Assembly: GCA_017499595.2 (NCBI GenBank)
Contig: CM039009.1
Location: 186,001 to 250,000, forward strand
DNA length: 64,000 nucleotides
Direction of reading: 5' to 3'
Source of the DNA: Psilocybe cubensis
Taxonomy: Eukaryota
Position 1 is the first letter of the stretch, and the number at the start of each line of letters is the position of its first letter. Below are positions 11,929 to 23,358 of this stretch, piece by piece. Below the pieces are notes generated by a model, which saw nothing but the letters and a program-made list of their open reading frames with translations, made no database searches and was not told where the DNA came from. A program made the position numbers and the translations under genes.

Positions 11929-12419
11929 TGGATCCGAGACTACCATTAACGAGTAATTTGTGAAGTTAGCGGCGGTTGTTATGCTTGGCACGGGCGCTTA
12001 TGACTCAGCCAAATATTATATAACCCGGTTATAGTGGTAACCGATCCCGTTCTTGGCAAGTCGAACAACTTTTTTTGTTACCACTTTTTGCACTCTTGAC
12101 CGACCTTGACCGACTACCAATTGAAATCCATAACTGCAGGAAATCGCTTTTGGACTTCGTGTTGTGTCTGATATATCATCCCAACTTCAATCCTCGCTTT
12201 TCCAGCAATGTATCTGGTTGGACGATCCAATGCCTCCCGTCTGCTGCCATGGTACTCGGGGGCACAACAAGGAAGGCTAAACCTAATGGCGGGAAGATTC
12301 GAGAATTTTTTGAAGAGCTGATAATTTTGCGGGATCTTATAAGCCTCGCGTGCGTAACTTCTTCTTAATATTTTATTCCCTTAGCTTATCGTCCTCGTCT
12401 TCTTTCCCAGTATAAAGTT

Positions 12420-13829
<1,410 letters not shown>

Positions 13830-14816
13830 TGGCAGGTGTTGCATTTTTGTTGCGTATACTAGATTGTACCTAGATCTGATAAATTGACTAATACTTCTAC
13901 TGTCGTTACCGTCACGACGAGTCGTAGGCTGCCAACCTCCCAGCATGGAGCATACTGCTGCAAATCATCACGCAGTCATTATTCTTTATTTAATCTTTTT
14001 GATGGCTAACTCGAATGTCTTTGGAGGTACCATGGACAGTATTATTCCCTTCAGAAACAGAATAATGTCGATCTTAGTGCCACATCTCCAATTCTTCACC
14101 CCTGCTTATTTATCGTATGTCAATACTCTATTCTGAAACGAACAACGCTGCCTGTGAAGAGCCAACACGACTGCAAACGACATAATTGCCAGGACGATAA
14201 TCAAGCAGGTTATTGACATCATCAGATACACTCGAGAGCTTATTGGATGGCTTGCAGAGGATAAAACAGTGAGCCAGTGTGTAGATAATGTGTTGCGAAC
14301 AACAATAAAGACTCACTGCAGCGTCGTGTTCTCCTGCCAAGTAATAGCTTCTGTACATGACAAATGGCTCAGTGGATTTGTGAGGGAAGCCACGTTTCCG
14401 ACTTTGTTAGACTGTTGCAAAGAGATTGATGACTCGATTTCTGGCAAGGCTGAACCAATCGTCTGTGACGGCGGCATCCTAATAGGGAATGCCGAGCATA
14501 TCCGGCATGGACGTGCCGGAGCGACACAGTTTTCTATCGCTTTCCACAAGTTTCGTATTTGATATTTCTCTCATTATTCTATCTATGACGTATGTACTAC
14601 AGTAAGGTATATAAGCAGTAGGTAGAGTAGTAGCAAGGTGCGGACAAACAGCACCAGCGTCCAGCCGAACGGCAACACAGATCGCAAATTGATTTCCCAC
14701 GTTTCACTTTCTTTTCTTTATCGTCCACCACAAAACAAATTCTACCCATCGTTAGTTCTTCAGTAGTTCCAATCGATCCAGAATCGCAGAAATTGCTCGA
14801 TTCACTTTTCTTTACA

Positions 14817-16534
14817 ATGACCAATAACTCACAGTCACATTCTTCTCATTCTCACCTCAATTTGAGGCTTAACCAAAACCGTAGAGAGAACGAGAGCGAG
14901 GAAGAAGAAGATATACAACGTTCGAGCACCTTTCAATCACACAACAACAATTCACAGAACCCACCACCTGCGACTCAACCTTGCAACACGTCATCAAATA
15001 CAGCATCAATGGAATCGCAAACAGACGATACCAACACTCAACAAAATGACCGAAACAGAAGCAACAGAGCGGAACAAATTGAGCGATTGATGGCACAAGT
15101 CGAAGCACTCAGACAACAGGAGCGGTCCGAGGTTCAAGAAAATAGCACTCCAACACAACAACTTTTCGTGGACGAAGATACTTTGGCCCGAATCAGAGCA
15201 GAGGCTGCAAACAAAGGAACCGATCTAGTGAAAAAGAAGGTCTCATTGCCTGAGATAGTTCCTGGCTTTAAAGCAAGTTCACTAGAGATAGGTGAGAGTT
15301 ACAATTTAATTCCTCGTGCATTTCTCTTCAAAATCAACTGCGGCTACGCAATCGCAGCAAGTGTGCCGTAGCATAAGATGAGCATAATTGGCTCAACATG
15401 GGGATGAATGAACCTGAGCGATAGGCTTCTGGAAAGGCTTTAGAGTCCAAGCGATAGGCTTGAGAGGACAATGACATCACTTAATAGAAGTGCATGCCAG
15501 TGGCATAATGTTTTAGGCGATAGGCCATAGAACGTTCAACGTACAAGCGATAGGCTTGGTATAGTTAACCGCATAGTTTCAGGGTGCTTATATGATAGCC
15601 ACCAGGTCCATTAAGCGATAGGCTTATAATGTGCTAGTCAAACTTGGAAAGAAAATTTTTGCTGACCATCCTTTGTAATTGTTTCTTTCAACCAGCCGTT
15701 TCACACAGAGTGGACGAGGCATTTGCAAATTTTAAATATGTTCCATATACTTCATTGACATCTGCCGCTCGTCTGAAGGCATCGAGGGGCGAAGAGGAAT
15801 TTTTGATAAACGCATCGGGAAGTCTAACGGCCAAAGGACTGGATCGGAGAGATGAGAAACATATCAGTTTGTCAGATTGGCTTGGGGCAGCTAAGGTTGC
15901 AGAGGAACGAACTCGCATCTACCACGGAGAGAAGAGGGCAGCAGCTCTTTCTAAACACCACCAAATCGTGATTGACTTATCGAGGTCACACAGTTGGAGC
16001 GTAGCGGTCGAATATGACATCCAACAGCGAGAACTCGCAGCACTACATCTAACACATGATCTAAGCACGTTAGATCACCAAGCCTTAACATTAATCGCAA
16101 CAAGAAACACAATGCAAATGATCATGGGGGCACATACCACTGGTCCGGCAGGTCATAGCACACCCGCAATAGGACACTCACTACGCAGATCAGCCCCAGA
16201 TTATTTTACCAGTCCAAACCGTGGCAAACGTGCACGCACAGGAATATCCACACACAGTCAATTGTGCTTTCGATGCGGCTTTGCAGGACACATGCCAGCA
16301 GATTGCAAAGCCAATGTCACAGCAGCCGGCATTCCAGCAGCAACAGTTACCACCGAGAATGGGCGAGGAAGAAATACCCTCATTAATAACAACGGAAAGT
16401 CTTTCTGTTTCAATTGGGCAAAAGATTCATCTTGCACATACGGAGGAGGCTGCTTCAATTTCCATGGATGCAGCGTGTGCGGAGATGTTAACCACGGAGC
16501 GAGAGCATGTCCCAAAGCCTCTAGATCATACTAA
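14817..16534 (+). CDS. Ngaro ORF1 (gag-like, zinc fingers), predicted spliced 14817-15291 + 15696-16534
   Basis: Donor G|GTGAGA at 15292, branch GCTGAC at 15661, acceptor CCAG| at 15695, both phase 1, joining the 192-aa and 296-aa ORFs. C-terminal CFRCGFAGHMPADC and CFNWAKDSSCTYGGGCFNFHGCSVCGDVNHGARAC. Confidence 0.75.
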
Positions 16535-16535
16535 T

Positions 16536-18174
16536 ATGGCGTTGGATCCTAGACAGGTGGTAACACCAATCAATGTTGACAAGTGTGAAGCATTGTTAAA
16601 GGCATTGGGAATTATTGACGATTGGACGCACGTTTTACAAGGATTACGCAATGGGTTTGACGTTGGAATAAAATCACAGCCAACTAAAACCTTGTTATTT
16701 CGAAAATCATTCATCATCGTTACTCGACACGGAATTTATAGATTCTTACATAGAAGAGGAGGAAAAAGCGGGACGTTATTCACGTTCATACTCACCTCAA
16801 GAATTGGAAGATCTGATTGGCCCATTCAGAACATCTCCCATCGGTCTAGTTCCAAAACCTGGAAATTCATCCAAGAAATACCGGATGATTCAAGACCTAT
16901 CATATCCTCGCAATGGTCCAATTACATCAGTCAATGCAGGAATCGACTCAGACAAATTTCCGACAGCATGGGGAACATTCGAGAAAGCATCGGAAATGCT
17001 TTTATCTATTCCTCCGGGAGCTGTAGCAGCCACATTCGACATATCTGCAGCATATCGGATGACTCCAATACGTCCCGAGCAGCAAAATTCATTATGTATC
17101 TACTGGAAAGGAAGAGTATGGGTCGACCGTGCTGTCATGTTTGGAATGTCATCAAGTGCAGGGGTATTTGGTTGGGTAGCCGATATGCTGGTAGCCATCT
17201 ATACTGCAGCAGGTTTTGGTCCATTGATCAAATGGGTAGACGATTTCTTCGTAATTCGCTTACCCGGTCAAACTTGGACAGAAGAAGAATTCATCAAATT
17301 TACAGCAGATTTAGGAGTGCCATGGAGCTTGATAAAAGTCAGGCTTTTTGCGCTGATACAACGTTACATAGGCTTCGACTGGAATCTGAAACCCAAATCA
17401 GTCAGCATTCCAGTGGAAAAACTAGACAAACTACAATCCTTATTACGATCCTGGCTGGTAGAAGGCGCAAAATTTTCAGCACAAGAGGCGGCAAGTCTGC
17501 ATGGAAAATTAGTGCACATATCTGGCATCTACCCCCTCATTCGACCTTTTATGGTGGCCATTTCCAAATTCGCAACAAAATTCCAATCCTTCCGCGCACA
17601 TCTATTTCCCACAACAGCAGTGCTGAAGGACATAAGATGGATACTAGAACTGCTCGAGATACTTCCCAACGAGCTACCATTAATGGGGTCACATACACAG
17701 GACATAGACTGGTGGGGAGATGCAAGCACATCATTTGGAATTGGGGCAACTGTCAGCAGCTTATGGGGAGTGTGGAAATGGGCACCCGGAATCAAGATTG
17801 GACCCAAGAGGAGATACGATATAGGATGGGCAGAAGCAGTTGCAGTCGAGCTGGCATTACGGATGGCAGTCCAAGAATTGAACATGTCAGCGGGGCATTA
17901 TCTGGTACGATCAGACAACGAGGGAGTGGTAGCAGTCCTCAACGGGGGACGTTCAAGGAACAACGAAATAAACATGATATTGAAGAACATATATACAATT
18001 CTAGCGCAGCACAAAATGCGATTATCAGCAATCTACGTCCCAAGTCGAACAAACATCACAGACTCACTTTCAAGAGGAGACATATCCGGTTTTTTATCAG
18101 GCTTCCCAAAGGCCAATCGGAAATCAAAGCTAATCCTACCACTCCATTTAAAGGAACTCCTAGTACCAATGTAA
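16536..18174 (+). CDS. Ngaro reverse transcriptase/RNase H, with a +1 frame break at ~16703
   Basis: MALDPRQVVTPIN..GFDVG in one frame, then NHSSS..GPFRTSPIGLVPKP, RMIQDLS, FDISAAYR, FGMSSS, WVDDF and RNase H DAS/AEAVA/SDN/DSLSRG in the +1 frame. Confidence 0.9.
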
Positions 18175-19412
18175 TAACAGTCGCATCGGCATTAATCCAT
18201 CCTACGCAAGCATTCGACAATTTACTAGGGCTAGACAATTTTGTAGAGGAAGACACGCACAATCAAATGCAACCAAACACCGAGTTACGCCCTAACTGCA
18301 GAGCAGACGAGAGGATATTTTTATGGAAAGGGATAAACCAACCTCCTCTCTCGACCATCGACGCTCCAATTATACGTTTTCTTGCGGATTTAGCTTCACA
18401 TGCTTCATTAAGAGACACTTCAAGCCCCGGGTCAGCCATCAAGAAATTTCACACCTTTTGTGATATATTTTCAATACCCGAGGCTATGCGTTTACCAGCT
18501 TCATTCGAAGTATTGAATTCTTTTGCCATATGGGCAATAACCGACCCCAAAGCATTAGACCCGTCAATTGTTAATGAAATCAAATTCGAAACAATTGCAA
18601 AGGCAACAGTATCAAAGTACCTATCCGGAATTAGAGCATGGCATCTAGCACAAGGTTGGCCAGAACCACTCACCGGAGATCAACACAAAAGAATTGAATG
18701 GTCGCTTCGAGGACTTGAAAACGTTTTTGGCTCGAGATCTCGTCCTGTACGCCCACCAATCACAGTTCCGATGCTTCATGCACTCAAATCAACACTAAAC
18801 CTATCCGACTCATTTGACGCATGTATTTGGGCAATAGCAACTTGCGCCTTCTGGGGAATGATGAGATTTGGAGAGGTAACCGTAAAAAGCAGGAACAACT
18901 TCGACCAGAAGAAACATCTGAAAAGGAAAGACGTACACTTAGATTTTGATCTAGATGGAAAGAGATACGCAAGATTGGACTTACCGTCCGCCAAAACTGC
19001 AAAATCCGGAGAAATTCAGTCTGTTTTTGTAGTACCACAACCTGGCTTATGCCCAATACAGGCTTTAGAGAACATGGCAAAAGTGACTCCCGCCGGCGCG
19101 TCAGACCCATTATTTTCATGGTCAGATAGGAACGGAAACATACGCCCCATGGTAAGGACTGCAGCCCTCAAACGGATCAATAACATCTTGCAGGCGTGGG
19201 GATGGGGAACAATGTTCGGACACTCCTTCAGGATAGGTGGTGCATCTTTTTACCTAGCAGAAGGAAAGAATCCGGAACATATTAGAGTTGCAGGCAGATG
19301 GAAATCATTGGCTTACCAAGTGTACATTCGTTCCTTCGAACTCATCGCAAACCGACATTTAGGAAGCTCACGAGTGTCATTCCATCATCCAAATCTCGTT
19401 CGTACATCCTGA
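18175..19412 (+). CDS. Tyrosine recombinase of the Ngaro element (its frame is open from 16221, overlapping RT)
   Basis: SKYLSGIRAWH, WGMMRFGE (catalytic R), SAKT, GHSFRIGGAS (HxxR), GRWKSLAYQVY (W...Y). Start codon uncertain. Confidence 0.9.
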
Positions 19413-19848
19413 AATGATAGTGGGTAATCAGTTTTCCTAGTTTTGATGAATGTCTCTAAACATGTTACATACCAACAGGTTACACGTAACACGCCTTCAC
19501 TCGGGTTGGGCTGGCTTCACGATTGTGCCGCAGTGAGAGTGAAGGCTTGATGGGTAAGCGGCTCAATCCGCTCTGCGTGCCCGCCTTGAGCTCACTCAAG
19601 CACAGCCCAACCCTTTTTGTTTGGTTTAGCAAGCGATCGAGGATAGATGAGGCCGGAGTAGCAAGGTGCGGACAAACAGCACCAGCGTCCAGCCGAACGG
19701 CAACACAGATCGCAAATTGATTTCCCACGTTTCACTTTCTTTTCTTTATCGTCCACCACAAAACAAATTCTACCCATCGTTAGTTCTTCAGTAGTTCCAA
19801 TCGATCCAGAATCGCAGAAATTGCTCGATTCACTTTTCTTTTTCCCAC

Positions 19849-20426
19849 CAAGGGGGTGCCGGGGTTCAAAAAAAAAACACGACCTCATATTTTTTATTTC
19901 GAGGTAATTTGGGCAACCTACCTACCTCGTGACCATTACATAACGATCAAAATCGCCTAAAATGGGAATTGCCAAGGGCCAAGACATTGAACTTCATCAA
20001 AATTCACCCAATTTCCCGACATCGGACAGGTCAAAGTGTAAATAAGTAGTTACAGAACTAATAACAACCCCGTTTGCTCCCTTTACATGTGTGGCACACC
20101 TATGTCTCTGAGACAGCATCCAGACGGTAAATCAATAATCTCAGTCAAAATCAGGTCAAATATCTGTGTTGCTTGAAGCCCGGCCACCTATCATGAAGAT
20201 TTTAACCTGAATTTCAACGAGATTGGCATTGTGTTTGTTTAAAAACATAATTTGTCTATGAAATACAGTCCAAAATGCTCTAAACTTGATCACAGACAAC
20301 TTTGGACCGTGAAATTCCTCAGAAATTAGACAAAAAAAATATGGTACATTTTTTTTTTTTTCGGGGCTGATCGGCCAACCTACCTACCTAGGTGGTGTCC
20401 GAATTTTGAACACCGGCACCCCCTTG
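19849..20426. mobile_element. 578-bp MITE with 8-bp TSD (hAT-like)
   Basis: TIR CAAGGGGGTGCCGG(G/T)GTTCAAAA, 22/23 match. TSD TTTCCCAC at 19841-19848 and 20427-20434. Subterminal CAACCTACCTACCT near both ends. No coding capacity. Confidence 0.9.
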
Positions 20427-20947
20427 TTTCCCACCCTTACCCACCCTTGTCATCATGAATTATTTGTAAATTTTATTAGTTGCATCATAGTATAGTATCG
20501 AACATGTAAATAATTTTGGTCGCATCTGACATCCTCAATAGCTTGTTGAGCTGAATTTAATCGCAGAGAGGATTTCCCGCCCACCCAGCGGCTCAATCCG
20601 CTCTGCGTGCCCGCCTTGAGCTCACTCAAGCACAGCCCAACCCTTTTTGTTTGGTTTAGCAAGCGATCGAGGATAGATGAGGCCGGAGGTAGAAGGACGG
20701 AGCTTGAATAGACAGTTTTACCCAGTCATTTGAGCTTCGACAGTGTGCCGGGACCCGTGTGAACAACGCGCCCCGTCACATATTTTTGACTCTCGTCTAT
20801 TCTCATCGCACTACTCTACTCTCTCTAACTCGCGTTCGCCGTCGCCGACATCTACCATTGCGTTCCCCCTCGGCTTGATCACCCGAGGATACCAGGTACG
20901 TCGTGACGGACTTCATTTTTGTGTTAACTTCGTTATTGCTTCAGACC

Positions 20948-23104
20948 ATGGCCAGCAGAGGAGCCACATTGAGAAGTGGTCGAGCACCGAGGAGTCATGC
21001 GGCTGCCAGGGACGTGCCGACCACGGGGTCTGACTGGGATCCCCCTGCTTCGAGAGGTGACGACCCCAAGCAGGAAGCCTTGCCTACCGGAATGGAGGAA
21101 GGCGGCGCGCGTGGTCGGGATGACCACCGCGGGAATAATCCAAACAACACCGGGAGCGCAGCCGCTGCAGCCAGGCGCGCTCGTAGAAGCTTAAGCTTGA
21201 ATAGTTTGAATAGGTATATGGTAGACACTGAGATTAATAGTGTCTATAGAAGCTCTGTGAATGATGCACAGACTGTTGTTACTGAAACTAAGGAACTCAT
21301 TACATCCTTGATGGATAGGTTAAGTAGAATTGAGAATGCTATTAATATGAATGGTAGCATTTTTGAGGTTTCCCGTGCACCAGAGGACTCCGATAACAGT
21401 CATGGTCGCGAAGAATCGCAGGAAATTACAATTGATAATGATTACTTACAAATTCAGGAAATGGAAAGGAAACTCACTGAAATGAAGAAGGCATACACGA
21501 GACGATATCAATCCATTGAAGTTCAACCGAAAACTGAGAGACGTGGTATATCCACCACTCCCATGTCTCATGATGTCGAAGATCTTATCACGCAAGCGGC
21601 GCGTCAACAAACGCAGGCTAGACGGACAGAGGCTATTAAGCCTAGCAACCAGTTACCCGCGGAAAGTTTACTCGGACAGCTTCTGGCCAACCCGAAAGGT
21701 AATAGCGGCAAGGAGCATGCCGAGTTAAGCGCCCGAGCACTGGGACCGTTGGACACCGAGGGACACATAATAAATCCCGCGAGATTCAAACCGTTACCGC
21801 CTACAGCCCCGGATAAGTATCATGGCGATGCAGACTTTATGAAATTTTACAAATACATTACTCAGTGTGACAGATTTTGTAAAGAGGCTGCATTACCTCC
21901 CCAGGATCAAGTAGTGAAATGTGCTGATTACCTTGCCGGAAAAGCATACAAATTCTACTCTACAATGGTGTTCATAAGTGTAGACTCCTGGGACAGGCGA
22001 CGATTCTTTACTGAACTTTATAATTATTGCTTCCCACCCGATTACAGACTGAAACAAAGAAAGAAACTCGAGAAGTTTTCTCAAGGATCAATGACTGTGG
22101 CTGAGTATGCTGCCAAATTATTGATTTTATTCCGCATTGTGGGAAAGTCTACTCCTTTGCAACGCGTAGATCGTTTGTGGAACGGATTGAAACCTGAATT
22201 ACAATCCGCCCTTTGGAAGGAAGGACTCGACTACGAGCAAAACACGTGGGATGAAGTCATTAGAATTGCTACTCGCTATGAAGTTGCGCATGAAATTGAA
22301 AGAAATCAACGACAATATATAAAATACTATAAGCAATACTATGTTTCTGGTAAATATGACTACAAGACACATGATAACAACTATGGTGTAAATAATGACG
22401 ACGAGCCGAGTGACAGTGATCATGGTCAACTTTCATCGGGGGGAACAGATGATGACTCAGATCAAGACAAGGAAGACAAGGTGTTAGCTTTACCTCAGGA
22501 TTCAAATGTGAAAGCTAGCGGATATGTCCGAAATGCCCAAATTAAATGCTACAGATGCGGGAAAACTGGGCATATCGGACGTCACTGCAGGAATGTTCGC
22601 CGAAACATCTCGTCTACATATAACGAGTCACCGAGTGTAAGCAACCGTGACCGTGCGCTCGATAGTAATAGCGAGAATGAGCACCACGGAGCAACAGACC
22701 AGACTGCCAGTGGTTTGGGATCATATTTCATGGAAGTTGAAGTGGCTATGTGTGACATTGCAGACACAGGGTTGAACACAGATATTTACAGTTACAGTGA
22801 CCACTCTGCTATTGATACTACGGCCTCACAAGGAACTAATGTCGAACTGAGCGAATTACACGTTGATCAAATCCTCGTATCCGAAGATTTGGAGGGCGGG
22901 TGGACACAACTTGCACAAACCGTGACAGCCCAACTTCAGGATGAAGATGTTGACCTCGAGCCGGAGAAAATTGCTACATCCCTTTTTGATGCAGATTCTT
23001 TGGTTAAACAAGGTATCGAGTGTCAGAAATCTTGCCCTATCGAGTTCACCCATGAAAGCGGCGACATAAGTCATTCCTTTGGAATGCCTGGAGGGCGTAT
23101 GTGA
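20948..23104 (+). CDS. Retrotransposon Gag protein with CCHC zinc knuckle
   Basis: PDKYHGDAD, YLAGKAYKFY, FFTELYNYCFP, QGSMTVAEY, LWNGLKPELQ and CYRCGKTGHIGRHC. The stop codon lies within the first bases of the 3' LTR. Confidence 0.9.
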   Translation: MASRGATLRSGRAPRSHAAARDVPTTGSDWDPPASRGDDPKQEALPTGMEEGGARGRDDHRGNNPNNTGSAAAAARRARRSLSLNSLNRYMVDTEINSVYRSSVNDAQTVVTETKELITSLMDRLSRIENAINMNGSIFEVSRAPEDSDNSHGREESQEITIDNDYLQIQEMERKLTEMKKAYTRRYQSIEVQPKTERRGISTTPMSHDVEDLITQAARQQTQARRTEAIKPSNQLPAESLLGQLLANPKGNSGKEHAELSARALGPLDTEGHIINPARFKPLPPTAPDKYHGDADFMKFYKYITQCDRFCKEAALPPQDQVVKCADYLAGKAYKFYSTMVFISVDSWDRRRFFTELYNYCFPPDYRLKQRKKLEKFSQGSMTVAEYAAKLLILFRIVGKSTPLQRVDRLWNGLKPELQSALWKEGLDYEQNTWDEVIRIATRYEVAHEIERNQRQYIKYYKQYYVSGKYDYKTHDNNYGVNNDDEPSDSDHGQLSSGGTDDDSDQDKEDKVLALPQDSNVKASGYVRNAQIKCYRCGKTGHIGRHCRNVRRNISSTYNESPSVSNRDRALDSNSENEHHGATDQTASGLGSYFMEVEVAMCDIADTGLNTDIYSYSDHSAIDTTASQGTNVELSELHVDQILVSEDLEGGWTQLAQTVTAQLQDEDVDLEPEKIATSLFDADSLVKQGIECQKSCPIEFTHESGDISHSFGMPGGRM

Positions 23105-23358
23105 CGGCGGCATCCTAATAGGGAATGCCGAGCATATCCGGCATGGACGTGCCGGAGCGACACAGTTTTCTATCGCTTTCCACAAGTTTCGTATTTGATA
23201 TTTCTCTCATTATTCTATCTATGACGTATGTACTACAGTAAGGTATATAAGCAGTAGGTAGAGTAGGTAGAAGGACGGAGCTTGAATAGACAGTTTTACC
23301 CAGTCATTTGAGCTTCGACAGTGTGCCGGGACCCGTGTGAACAACGCGCCCCGTCACA
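23100..23358 (+). repeat. Intact 3' LTR (259 bp)
   Basis: TG...CA ends with 8-bp terminal inverted repeat TGTGACGG/CCGTCACA and internal TATATAA. No differences from the reassembled 5' LTR were seen by eye. Confidence 0.95.

Larger units (their letters stand above)
6118..11942. mobile_element. AcademH-type (Academ superfamily) DNA transposon, full length
   Basis: Termini TAG...CTA with 9-bp TSD CCATTAACG at 6109-6117 and 11943-11951. Inverted blocks 6118-6136/11924-11942 (18/19), 6180-6201/11815-11836 (21/22) and 6213-6252/11764-11803 (40/40). Encodes a RecQ-like helicase and a convergent transposase. Confidence 0.9.
14631..20688 (+). mobile_element. Ngaro-type tyrosine-recombinase (DIRS-order) retrotransposon with split direct repeats
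   Basis: A1 14631-14813, B1 19557-19658, A2 19659-19841, B2 20587-20688 (A1-ORFs-B1A2-B2 layout). Gag, RT/RNase H and YR ORFs. No TSD. Confidence 0.95.
14464..23358 (+). mobile_element. LTR retrotransposon (Gypsy-like gag, no pol), with its 5' LTR interrupted
   Basis: 259-bp LTRs TGTGACGG...CCGTCACA. 5' LTR = 14464-14630 + 20689-20780; 3' LTR = 23100-23358. 5-bp TSD TCGTC at 14459-14463 and 23359-23363. Purine-rich GGAGGG just before the 3' LTR. Confidence 0.95.

Noticed and set aside
15417-15625. CRISPR array
   Set aside because: Repeats are only 9-13 bp, spacer lengths alternate, there are no cas genes and the context is eukaryotic. Kept only as an unexplained motif array.
16221-19412. 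1063-aa ORF as a single novel giant recombinase
   Set aside because: It is a composite of a frame overlapping gag, the RT N-terminus, the RT-overlapping frame and the YR domain. It is treated under the frameshift and overlap findings.
22745-22800. Aspartic protease motif (IADTGLNTD) in the gag ORF
   Set aside because: A DTG triplet is present, but the surrounding sequence is acidic and low-complexity and no downstream ILG-type motif is visible. An HMM search would be needed.
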